This document shows positions 1 to 8,040 of a stretch of DNA of 64,000 nucleotides, piece by piece. Each line of letters begins with the position of its first letter. Positions within the stretch are counted from its first letter, which is position 1. The position numbers and the translations under genes were made by a program. Source of the DNA: Parcubacteria group bacterium Gr01-1014_3 (GTDB lineage Bacteria; Patescibacteriota; Minisyncoccia; UBA6257; WO2-44-18); assembly GCA_007376445.1 (NCBI GenBank), contig VMGF01000001.1, forward strand, positions 21,802-85,801, written 5' to 3'. The notes under the pieces were generated by a model, which saw only the letters and a program-made list of their open reading frames with translations, searched no databases and was not told the origin of the DNA.

Positions 1-102
1 CAAATGATCCACCTTCATCAAAACCACGCGGAACTTACGCAAAATCCTTTCGATCACGCTATTTATCGAAGCGTCGATCTTGGCGAGCGGTAACCGCGAC
101 AT
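1..102 (-). CDS. partial CDS (N-terminal part only; start ATG at 102, continues beyond window start), unknown product
   Basis: rc of 1-102 reads MSRLPLAKIDASINSVIERILRKFRVVLMKVDHL... open to window edge; below 60 aa so absent from ORF track; sits downstream of tsf on same strand. Confidence 0.25.
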   Translation of the reverse strand, partial: MSRLPLAKIDASINSVIERILRKFRVVLMKVDHL

Positions 103-237
103 CGCCTTTTCAAAAGGGTGAAGCGGCTTGTTTGGGATCTCTTCCTCCTTGATCCGGGGCAAAGCCCGCGCGAAAAGATAAAGCACCAAGCCTAAGCTAA
201 GAAAAACTATAGTTTGGAGTATAAATTGAAGCATAGA

Positions 238-310
238 CTAGTCTAAAGTCGAAAGTTCTTAAAGTCTTTAAAGCTTTATGGACTTTATAGACCTTATGGA
301 CTTTTAACTT
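238..310. repeat. AAAGTCCATAAAG/TATGGACTTTA repeat cluster
   Basis: ctaaagtcgaaagttcttaaagtctttaaagctttatggactttatagaccttatggactttt; related copies 23824-23866, 28112-28190, 48408-48444. Confidence 0.6.
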
Positions 311-317
311 ATTGTAA

Positions 318-761
318 TTATACCGCGTATCGGCAGAAGCGCTCAACCCGGATATTCTCTCCAACTTTGGAGATAACACCCTTGATCAGATTCTCAACGG
401 TCAAGCTCGGATCTTTGACATAGGTCTGCTGAAGAAGTTCGGCGGTATCTTTCGGATCCATGGCGGCAATATGCATCACCAAGTCATGCGCTAAGGCCCG
501 GAAAGGATCGGAGCGGACCACGAAATCGGTCTCGCAACGCAAATCCAACAACACGCCCACGCGGCCGTTATGAACATAGGTCTCGAGCAAACCGGCGCCA
601 GTCGCCCTGTCCGCCTTTTTCTCGGCGCGGATCAAACCACGCTCCTGAATAACTTTTTGCGCTAAATCAAAATCGCCTTTCGCTTCTTCCAGCGCTTTTT
701 TGCATTCCATTACACCAGCACCGGTAATCTCGCGAAGTTTTTGTACATCACCTGCCGTCAT
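318..761 (-). CDS. tsf: elongation factor Ts (short form)
   Basis: N-terminal UBA-like segment VQKLREITGAGVMECKKALEE, dimerisation-core motifs; immediately downstream of rpsB as in canonical rpsB-tsf operon. Confidence 0.85.
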   Translation of the reverse strand: MTAGDVQKLREITGAGVMECKKALEEAKGDFDLAQKVIQERGLIRAEKKADRATGAGLLETYVHNGRVGVLLDLRCETDFVVRSDPFRALAHDLVMHIAAMDPKDTAELLQQTYVKDPSLTVENLIKGVISKVGENIRVERFCRYAV

Positions 762-770
762 ATTCTTTAA

Positions 771-813
771 TTCGCAATATTAATGATTTTATTTGTATAT
801 TCGCGACTACTCC
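771..813 (-). promoter_or_regulatory. conserved 43-nt upstream motif, copy A (before tsf ATG)
   Basis: TTCGCAATATTAATgatTTTATTTGTATATTCGCGAcTACTCC; 9 nt from ATG. Confidence 0.6.
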
Positions 814-814
814 G

Positions 815-1612
815 CTATTTGGTCGCGGGCTTGCTCGTCGTGGCGACAACTACCTGCGCCAAGGCAACTATCCTTTCTTTCGCGCCCTCTTCAATTTTAA
901 CGCCTAATTGATTCAATAACCAAGACACGCTGGTCTTCGCGTTGCTGTTAGCCGGGATCGGATAAGCTATTTCTTCCGGATTACTATCGGTATTAATGAT
1001 GCCAACAACCGGGATATTCAGGCGCTGGGCTTCACGAAGAGCGATCTCATGCTCCACGGTATCGATGATCACCATCGCTTGAGGGAGAACACTCATGCTC
1101 TCAAGTCCACTGAAAAAACCGGACAAGCGCGCGATCTCCTTATCGAAATCTGACTGCTCTTTTTTGGTATACTTTTCCAGCTTTCCGGCCGCTTTGTCAG
1201 TCTTGAGGTTGATGTAGTACTGAATACGCTGATTGATGGTTTTAAAGTTGGTCAATGTTCCACCCAACCAACGCTTGATCACAAATAAAAGCCCATTCTT
1301 TTTCGCGAACTCTTCAACGACAACCTGAGAAGCCGGCATCGTGCCGATTACTAAAATACCGCCGCCCTTCTTGGCAACTTCTTTTAAAAATTCACCAGCC
1401 TTGATCAAGCAAGCCAAGGTTTTAGCCAGATCCAAAACCTCCATCCCGCTTCGGGTGGCATAGATCATAGACTTCATCCGGGGATGAGTCTTGGACTTTT
1501 TACGTCCATACAAAATACCGGCTTTCGCCATTTCTTCAATCGTGGCGCTCTCTGCCGGGCTCAACTCTTTTTCTTTTTGTTCTGCTTCCAGAACCTTTAC
1601 TTCATCAGACAT
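815..1612 (-). CDS. rpsB: 30S ribosomal protein S2
   Basis: MAKAGILYGRKKSKTHPRMKSMIY..., NIPVVGIINTDSNPEEIAYPIPANSNAKTS typical S2; start moved to ATG at 1612 (MSDEVK...). Confidence 0.9.
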   Translation of the reverse strand: MSDEVKVLEAEQKEKELSPAESATIEEMAKAGILYGRKKSKTHPRMKSMIYATRSGMEVLDLAKTLACLIKAGEFLKEVAKKGGGILVIGTMPASQVVVEEFAKKNGLLFVIKRWLGGTLTNFKTINQRIQYYINLKTDKAAGKLEKYTKKEQSDFDKEIARLSGFFSGLESMSVLPQAMVIIDTVEHEIALREAQRLNIPVVGIINTDSNPEEIAYPIPANSNAKTSVSWLLNQLGVKIEEGAKERIVALAQVVVATTSKPATK

Positions 1613-1656
1613 GTAAGAAAGAGTATATAAAAAAACCGCCAACTTGTAAACCCCCA

Positions 1657-2766
1657 CTATAACGTCCCTACCAGCGACAAGATCTGCTTCTTAAAATTAA
1701 CCTTGGAGAACTTCTTAGCCGCCATACTCACCGACTTCCGGTTAAATCGCATCTGCTCAAAACGCTGAACCGCCTCCATTAAACCCTCGGGGGTCTGCAC
1801 ATTGAATAAAGCTCCAGTTTTACCGTCTTGGACAATCTCAAGCGCCCCGCCCGCCGCGTAAGCGATCACCGGCGCTCCACAAGCCTGCGCCTCGGCCGCC
1901 ACCAGGCCAAAGTCCTCAACCTGAGGGAATATCAATGCTTTCGCGCCGCCATAAAGCTGGCGAAGTTCATCGTCGGTCTTAGAGGCCGGGATCAGTTCGA
2001 TATTTGAGGATTTTAAATTTTCAATTTTAAGTTTTAAATTTTCAGATTCCGGCCCGCTCCCCACGATCTTCAACGGAAAGCCTAATTTCGCGAACGCATC
2101 CACCACCAAATCAAAACGCTTGTAGTGAAGCAAGCGGCCTATAGCCAAATAGTAAGTATTATCTTTGTCGTAGCTTTTTGGGACATAATAAAACCGCTCA
2201 CTATCCACCGGCGGATAAACTACCTCCGAATCGCGGCCGTAATAATCTTTGACCTTACCGGCAATAAAGCTGGAATTAGATATTAAAATATTCGGCTTCT
2301 GTCCGGCCTCAAAATCCCAATTTTTTAGATAGTTTATAACTGGTTTTAGAAATGGCTTCCAAAATTGTAAATTGATAATTGAAAATTGAAAATTTAAATA
2401 GTCCGTCTCCCAGGCATAGCGGAGCGGTGTGTGTATATAAGAAATGTGCTTTGTTTTCGCGCCATGCTTTATCCCCTTCGCGTATCCGGCGGTATCCGAG
2501 ATGACGAGATCATACTCATCGCCCAGATCCAGCATCCCCGCCGCGATGGGCATCAGCGGAATGAACCAGCGGTGATTATCGCGGGCGAATTGGAAGTCTA
2601 AAACGCTGGTTTTTTTCACCCGATCGGTGAATTTACCGAAAGTTTTGGCCGGGTCGTGTAATAATGTATAGACAGGAGCCTCCGGGAACATCTCCATCAG
2701 CGTTTCCAGTACCCGTTCGGCGCCACCGTATTGATTTAAGTAATCGTGAACAAGAGCGATGCGCAT
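1657..2766 (-). CDS. glycosyltransferase family 1 (GT4-like)
   Basis: MRIALVHDYLNQYGGAERVLE N-terminus and C-terminal EDFGLVAAEAQACGAPVIAY motif of GT-B retaining GTs. Confidence 0.8.
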   Translation of the reverse strand: MRIALVHDYLNQYGGAERVLETLMEMFPEAPVYTLLHDPAKTFGKFTDRVKKTSVLDFQFARDNHRWFIPLMPIAAGMLDLGDEYDLVISDTAGYAKGIKHGAKTKHISYIHTPLRYAWETDYLNFQFSIINLQFWKPFLKPVINYLKNWDFEAGQKPNILISNSSFIAGKVKDYYGRDSEVVYPPVDSERFYYVPKSYDKDNTYYLAIGRLLHYKRFDLVVDAFAKLGFPLKIVGSGPESENLKLKIENLKSSNIELIPASKTDDELRQLYGGAKALIFPQVEDFGLVAAEAQACGAPVIAYAAGGALEIVQDGKTGALFNVQTPEGLMEAVQRFEQMRFNRKSVSMAAKKFSKVNFKKQILSLVGTL

Positions 2767-2829
2767 ATTGTAAAATATACCACACCGTCATCGTCATTGG
2801 TCATAGTTATGGTTTATAATTCTATTATC

Positions 2830-3432
2830 ATGCTTTACCGCATAGCAAAACGCACCATCGATATTCTGGGATCGCTTGTCGGCCTCGCCCTCCTGGCGCC
2901 TTTATATCCCTTGATCGCCGCCGGGATAAAACTGGAAACCCGCGGACCGGTTTTAGCTAAAATAGACCGAGTCAGCGCCGGTAAAAAATTTCAGGTTTAT
3001 AAATTCCGCTCGATGATCGATGGCGCGCATGCTCTCCGTCCCACTCTCAAAGAATTCAACGAGCGGAAGGACGGTCCGTTCTTCAAAATGTCCCGCGACC
3101 CACGAGTTACCTTAGTTGGCCGGCTGCTCCGCAAATTCCGGATAGATGAATTCCCTCAGCTGATCAATGTGTTAAAAGGCGAGATGTCTCTCGTCGGCCC
3201 GCGTCCTCATGAACCGGGAGAAGTTATTCATTACCCGCCTGAATACCGCCACCTGATGCTCGCCAAGGCTGGCGTCACCGGCCTCTCGCAAGTAAACGGC
3301 GCTTCGGCTTTGCCATTTTTAAAAGAACTGGAGCTGGATAGTCATTATGTAAAAAATCCGTCCCTTTGGAGGGATGCGAAAATCATCGGCAAAACTGCTT
3401 CGATTATATTTTTTGACCCGACAGCGGTTTAA
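2830..3432 (+). CDS. bacterial sugar transferase (polyprenyl-phosphate hexose-1-phosphate transferase, WbaP/WcaJ C-terminal type)
   Basis: hallmark EFPQLINVLKGEMSLVGPRPHEP motif, single N-terminal TM; divergent from glycosyltransferase gene; start set at ATG 2830 (MLYRIAKRTID). Confidence 0.8.
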   Translation: MLYRIAKRTIDILGSLVGLALLAPLYPLIAAGIKLETRGPVLAKIDRVSAGKKFQVYKFRSMIDGAHALRPTLKEFNERKDGPFFKMSRDPRVTLVGRLLRKFRIDEFPQLINVLKGEMSLVGPRPHEPGEVIHYPPEYRHLMLAKAGVTGLSQVNGASALPFLKELELDSHYVKNPSLWRDAKIIGKTASIIFFDPTAV

Positions 3433-3896
3433 ACCAAACTTCCGACTTCTTTTATTTCCATCTCGAGAATCTTATCGGCTTCGCCGAATAAAATTTTACC
3501 CTGAAATTTCTTTCCTGCTAAAAATAACGGGAACCAGTGAATGTCGTCGGGCCACATTTTGTCGTAAGGCATTTCATTTACGTGATACCATGCCGGTTTC
3601 ATCTCCTCGCTTTCGCTAGGCTGGCCAGCAAAATCTTCGGCGCGAAAAATATGAACTTCCAAAATCTCCGGATTTCCTTGAAACTCAAAATCCATCAAGC
3701 CAACTTTTTCCATTTTATTAACCGTGATCCCCGCTTCCTCAAGTAATTCTCGTTTAGCTCCATCTTCGATCGTTTCGCCAGCCTGAACCTTACCGCCAAA
3801 GCCGTTCCACCGGCCAGCGCCAAATCCCCGCTTCTTCATTCCAAGAAGTACTCGCGGATGCTGATGCACGACACAAAGAGTTAAAATTTTTCGCAT
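3429..3896 (-). CDS. NUDIX hydrolase (MutT-like)
   Basis: Nudix box GGKVQAGETIEDGAKRELLEEAGI. Confidence 0.8.
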   Translation of the reverse strand: MRKILTLCVVHQHPRVLLGMKKRGFGAGRWNGFGGKVQAGETIEDGAKRELLEEAGITVNKMEKVGLMDFEFQGNPEILEVHIFRAEDFAGQPSESEEMKPAWYHVNEMPYDKMWPDDIHWFPLFLAGKKFQGKILFGEADKILEMEIKEVGSLV

Positions 3897-3925
3897 AGTT
3901 TGTTTTTGGTCTGTATAATAAGTTT

Positions 3926-5011
3926 ATGTCTAAAATCCTGATTGTTGTCGATGCTCCCGGACCGGCTGAGTTTATTTTACCAGTCATACCTAGACTTACA
4001 ACTTATAACTTGAAACTTATAACTGTCGGCAACTCCCCCACTAAAATCCTAGCCGCGTATAAGCCACTGCGCATAGATAGCGAGGCCGAAGCCACGAAAA
4101 TTTACACCGAAATCAATCCTGACATTTTATTGGTCGCGATGAGTTCGCTAGTACTCGGCCCATATGTAAACCAAAAAATCACCGAACTCGCCCACGCTGA
4201 CAAAAAGAAAATAATCTGTTTCCAGGATTATTGGGCTAATCATCGGCACGCGATGAACTTCAAAATGCTGAATTTCTGGGATGTGGTTTTGGTGCCAGAT
4301 GAGCTCGCGAAAAATTATTTATTGGAAGATGGCTACTCCGGCCAAATCGTCATCACTGGCAATCCGGGCTTTGATCGCTTCCGCGATCTAGATGTCGCGG
4401 CGGAAAGAAAAAGGCTTCGCGCCAAGTTCGGGATTGCCGAGGGTTCATTCGTCATTCTCCACTCCGGCACCGGAACACCACAAAGCTACAAAGAAGACGA
4501 AATAACCTTTAATTTTCTCGCTAAGGCCGTCCGTGAACTTTCCGCAAACTTAAAACTTGAAACTAATAACTTAAAACTTATTTTTATCTCGCGCCCGCAC
4601 CCTCGCGATGAAGAGCCCGGTCGTTATCAAAGACTTGCGCCGGACTTGAACTTGTTGGATACCTCTACAATTCCACTAACCGAAGATATTCTGCCGATCG
4701 CGGATCTTTCGGTGGCGATGTACTCCACCAACCTGATCCATGCCTGCTATATGCGAATACCCGGCATCAGTATTCTTCTTCCGAATGCCGGATTAAAGAG
4801 GTTAGAAAAAACCTCGCTTCAAGATTTCCCACCGAATAATCTCGGCGCCACGATCGGGATTTACGAGGAATCCGTGCCAAAACTCAAAAATGAAATTGAA
4901 AAAATAATATCGGATTCAAGTTATCGGAATAAAATCATTGAAACGCAGAAAAAGTATTTTAAGCTTGAGGGTGAACTGGCTTCCGTTAAAGTCGCGGATG
5001 TGATAAGTTAG
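3926..5011 (+). CDS. hypothetical protein, possibly GT-B fold sugar-transferase-like (uncertain)
   Basis: long ORF with TGTATAAT extended -10 6 nt upstream of ATG (leaderless-type); two in-frame copies of the AT-rich repeat encode NLKLIT/ANLKLETNNLKLIF. Confidence 0.6.
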   Translation: MSKILIVVDAPGPAEFILPVIPRLTTYNLKLITVGNSPTKILAAYKPLRIDSEAEATKIYTEINPDILLVAMSSLVLGPYVNQKITELAHADKKKIICFQDYWANHRHAMNFKMLNFWDVVLVPDELAKNYLLEDGYSGQIVITGNPGFDRFRDLDVAAERKRLRAKFGIAEGSFVILHSGTGTPQSYKEDEITFNFLAKAVRELSANLKLETNNLKLIFISRPHPRDEEPGRYQRLAPDLNLLDTSTIPLTEDILPIADLSVAMYSTNLIHACYMRIPGISILLPNAGLKRLEKTSLQDFPPNNLGATIGIYEESVPKLKNEIEKIISDSSYRNKIIETQKKYFKLEGELASVKVADVIS

Positions 5012-5029
5012 TCTCGAAGGAGGTGGCTA

Positions 5030-5248
5030 ATGCCCCGACCTGAAGCTCCAAAGATTGTGATTGTTAACGGAGATGATTGGCATGGACTTTATGTGAACGG
5101 AAAGCTGTATTACGAAGGCCATGAGATTCCCACCGACATCATATTTAAGGCTCTGAAAGTCCCCTACAAGGCCATTGACTGTGATCTTCCTTGGTTAATT
5201 AAAAACGGAAGATTTCCGGCCGATCTCAAGCAGGTCAAGAAAGGATAG
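5030..5248 (+). CDS. hypothetical small protein
   Basis: GGAGGTG SD 6 nt upstream of ATG; tandem with next gene. Confidence 0.55.
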   Translation: MPRPEAPKIVIVNGDDWHGLYVNGKLYYEGHEIPTDIIFKALKVPYKAIDCDLPWLIKNGRFPADLKQVKKG

Positions 5249-5256
5249 GAGGATCA

Positions 5257-5445
5257 ATGGATCTCGCGCAATTCAAACTGGCCGTGCTGAGCCATAATGA
5301 ATTTACCGATGACCAAGTTGAAGAGATGCTCTATGAAGTAACCGTCAACGACGTCAACGATATCGTTGATCTAATCAATATTCTGAAGCGTAACCGCCCG
5401 AAACTCATTAAAAAGCTGAACGAGATGATTAAGAAAAATCAATAA
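5257..5445 (+). CDS. hypothetical small protein
   Basis: GGAGGA SD; followed by hairpin terminator 5443-5467. Confidence 0.5.
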   Translation: MDLAQFKLAVLSHNEFTDDQVEEMLYEVTVNDVNDIVDLINILKRNRPKLIKKLNEMIKKNQ

Positions 5446-5467
5446 CCGCTTAGGCGGTTATTTTTAT
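5443..5467 (+). terminator. rho-independent terminator
   Basis: aaccgcttaggcggtt + T-run. Confidence 0.6.
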
Positions 5468-5470
5468 AAT

Positions 5471-5499
5471 TTGACAAATTAAATTATTTATGCTAGAAT
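5471..5499 (+). promoter_or_regulatory. sigma70-type promoter TTGACA-N17-TAGAAT
   Basis: aatTTGACAaattaaattatttatgcTAGAATacc directly after upstream terminator. Confidence 0.6.
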
Positions 5500-5536
5500 A
5501 CCGATAGTTCAATTAACTCAATTTAGGAGACTGTGC

Positions 5537-5824
5537 ATGGATCTGAGCAAGGTCGTCGATTTCATCTACTGGCATGCCCTCTCGATGATAGAGCCGTGGG
5601 ATGACGCGGTTCTCAAGGCGATGACCGTGCCCGAGCTGACGGAAAAAGGATTTCAGGTCAGCTCATCCTTGGACCCGGAATGTCGTGTCGGAATGATCGA
5701 ATCTCGGGGCATGATCTTCGTTGCGGTTTCTGGTCCCATGTGTGGCTACTCGTCCATGGCCATTGACCAGAAAAAGGCGAAGGCTTTCTACGAAGAAGTC
5801 GTGGACGCCCTATTGGTCGCCTAG
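5537..5824 (+). CDS. hypothetical small protein (GC-richer than neighbours)
   Basis: own TTGACA-N17-TAGAAT promoter at 5471-5499, AGGAG SD. Confidence 0.55.
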   Translation: MDLSKVVDFIYWHALSMIEPWDDAVLKAMTVPELTEKGFQVSSSLDPECRVGMIESRGMIFVAVSGPMCGYSSMAIDQKKAKAFYEEVVDALLVA

Positions 5825-5878
5825 GAATCAAAGTGCTGAGCAACACTTAAAACTGCTCTTTTTTTATTCTTAAAATAT

Positions 5879-6082
5879 CTAAGATTTGCGGCGGCGGATA
5901 AACCAACGAACGATCTCCGCCAATATCGCTACCGGTAAACTTAATAGAAAAATATAACCAAGCACATTACTTAATTCCCGAAAATGGCCAAGAGTGATCA
6001 CATTTATCACGATCGAAAACACCCAGCCCATCGCGCTAAGCGCGAATACTATTATTCCGATGAAGATTGGGCGCTTTAACAT
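5879..6082 (-). CDS. small membrane protein, hypothetical
   Basis: two predicted TM helices, immediately upstream of radC-like gene. Confidence 0.4.
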   Translation of the reverse strand: MLKRPIFIGIIVFALSAMGWVFSIVINVITLGHFRELSNVLGYIFLLSLPVAILAEIVRWFIRRRKS

Positions 6083-6090
6083 TAAAGAGA

Positions 6091-6837
6091 TTACTCGTAC
6101 TTAGCCGGTACGCTGGCAAAACCGTTTTTCGTGATAATGATATGGTCGATCAGATGAATTCCTAAAATTTTTCCGGCCTCGATCAGCTGCTTGGTAATTT
6201 GAACATCGTCTTCGCTTGGCGTGGTGATACCTGAAGGATGATTGTGGGCTAAAATTACCGCGGAAGCGGAATATTCCAGCGCGGGTTTAAAAACTTCGCG
6301 CGGGTGGATAATGCTGGAGTTTAAACTTCCGATAGAAATAACCTCATCGCGCACTAGGTGGTGATGGCTATTTAGATATAAACCGCGCAGATGCTCCTTC
6401 GGCAATTCGCGCATATCTTTTAAATATTCATAAACTTGCTTGGCCGTGCGAATGAAATCCAACTGACCATCTTTATTGGTGTCTTTGAAAAACCGGCGGC
6501 CTAATTCAAAGCAGGCTACAACCTGACAAGCTTTGATCAAAGGAATCCTCAGCATTTTCTGAATCCTAGCCGGACTTTTCTGATCCACGATGGCGCTCTG
6601 GCCATATTCCCTCAAAAGCCGCTTCGACATCGCGAGCACGCCTTCTCTGGTGGTGCCGACATTAAGCACGACTGCCAAAAGTTCACTGACCGAGAGTTCG
6701 CCCGGACCATATTTCATCAATCTTTCTCGCGGCTTTTCTTCCGGTGGAAGATCGCGAATTCTTAAATCATAAGATTGTTCGAGATTATCCAGCACCAACT
6801 CCGTGTTCGCAATTTTATATATTGTATTTAATTTCAT
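6091..6837 (-). CDS. radC: RadC-like JAB-domain protein (UPF0758)
   Basis: JAMM motif ILAHNHPSGITTPSEDDVQITKQLIEAGKILGIHLIDHIIIT, N-terminal HhH-like segment. Confidence 0.8.
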   Translation of the reverse strand: MKLNTIYKIANTELVLDNLEQSYDLRIRDLPPEEKPRERLMKYGPGELSVSELLAVVLNVGTTREGVLAMSKRLLREYGQSAIVDQKSPARIQKMLRIPLIKACQVVACFELGRRFFKDTNKDGQLDFIRTAKQVYEYLKDMRELPKEHLRGLYLNSHHHLVRDEVISIGSLNSSIIHPREVFKPALEYSASAVILAHNHPSGITTPSEDDVQITKQLIEAGKILGIHLIDHIIITKNGFASVPAKYE

Positions 6838-6967
6838 CTTTTTATCTTAACATTTTTTAGCTTGTCCCATACATAACTAGCTTATGTGTGGGATTGACGC
6901 GTCCGCATAATTATACTAAATTTCTTCTAGTTCTTAAATAGTCACGGAACAATCAAGGAGGCGCAGA

Positions 6968-7198
6968 ATGTATTACATCATTGAATTTCACGCGGATGGC
7001 GGCCAGATGTGTATACCAGGCCGACGCGCATTCTCTGATCCTGAAGCGGCAAAGAAATTCGCGGAAAGAATGAGATCAGAACCTGATCATACCTGCGGAC
7101 TCGAATCCGTAAAAGAATTTGTCTCAGAAACCGATCTTGGAAACGAAGGCGAGATATATCCAATACTGGCTAACGCCGGACGCGAAAGGAGGGTTTAA
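6968..7198 (+). CDS. hypothetical small protein
   Basis: GGAGG SD; first of three tandem small ORFs. Confidence 0.5.
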   Translation: MYYIIEFHADGGQMCIPGRRAFSDPEAAKKFAERMRSEPDHTCGLESVKEFVSETDLGNEGEIYPILANAGRERRV

Positions 7199-7396
7199 AT
7201 GATTAAGGTATTCGTGGATGTTGATGGAACTATGCATTCCACTGAAGTCTCGGCTGACACGCATGAGTGGTTGCGGAATGGCGCGTATTTGAGAAATCGC
7301 CCGATTGGCCTCTATCTCGAAAGAGTTGTTCGTGAATACGGAGCTCTCACGGAAGAAAACATCCTGAAATTCATGGATGAAAAGTGGGTATTATGA
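7199..7396 (+). CDS. hypothetical small protein
   Basis: GGAGGG SD, start abuts previous stop. Confidence 0.5.
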   Translation: MIKVFVDVDGTMHSTEVSADTHEWLRNGAYLRNRPIGLYLERVVREYGALTEENILKFMDEKWVL

Positions 7397-7599
7397 AGCA
7401 GCTGCCAGAAGCCAAGATGGTTATGCATCATGATGATCCGCCCTGCAAAGCTCGTTTACATAATGGCGTTTGTCCTGAATGCGAATTCGTTCCGGATATG
7501 CAGAGCCTGCAATTGTGGCCATATTGCCCGTCGTGCGACGTGCCTCTCAAAAATCTGCAGTGCCCGAAATGCCAACAGACTTTCCAAGCCCCCAGCTAA
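7384..7599 (+). CDS. zinc-ribbon protein, hypothetical
   Basis: CPECEF...CPSCDV...CPKC three CxxC pairs; overlapping start; hairpin terminator follows. Confidence 0.5.
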   Translation: MGIMKQLPEAKMVMHHDDPPCKARLHNGVCPECEFVPDMQSLQLWPYCPSCDVPLKNLQCPKCQQTFQAPS

Positions 7600-7616
7600 T
7601 TAGCTGGGTTTTTTAT
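7590..7616. terminator. bidirectional hairpin terminator
   Basis: cccagctaattagctggg + tttttt. Confidence 0.6.
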
Positions 7617-8040
7617 TGCACGCCATAGATATAATCAATTTAGAATATTCAGAAATTTCAGGAAGATGATCTATGCTAAACCACTTTGCTTCTAAAATTT
7701 CCCGTGTATCAATATTTAATTCTTTATTTTGGGTTATTCCTGTAAAAACTATTACCGTATCTTTTTTGAATTCTTGATTAGAGGTATATTCTCCAATCTT
7801 TCTTAAATTTTCAACTGCGATTCCTACTTCTTCTAATAACTCCCTTTTTATCGCCTGATCGGGTGTTTCATTATTATTTATGCCACCGCCCGGAAACATC
7901 CACTGTTTATAACCACCATAGCTATTTTTGATCATCAAAACTTCTCCGTCATTTTCAACCACGCATTTTACGCCGAATGTTTTTGGCCTGAATATAAACC
8001 AATAAATTAATCCTAAAAAATGTTTAATCTTACTTACCAT
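7600..8040 (-). CDS. NUDIX hydrolase
   Basis: Nudix box [24 protein letters not shown]; start trimmed to MVSKIKHF to avoid overlap with secA stop. Confidence 0.75.
   Translation of the reverse strand: MVSKIKHFLGLIYWFIFRPKTFGVKCVVENDGEVLMIKNSYGGYKQWMFPGGGINNNETPDQAIKRELLEEVGIAVENLRKIGEYTSNQEFKKDTVIVFTGITQNKELNIDTREILEAKWFSIDHLPEISEYSKLIISMACNKKPS

Noticed and set aside
197-379. 60-aa minus-strand ORF
   Set aside because: It overlaps the tsf 3' end and the AAAGTCC repeat cluster. Its lysine/tyrosine low-complexity translation reflects the repeat.
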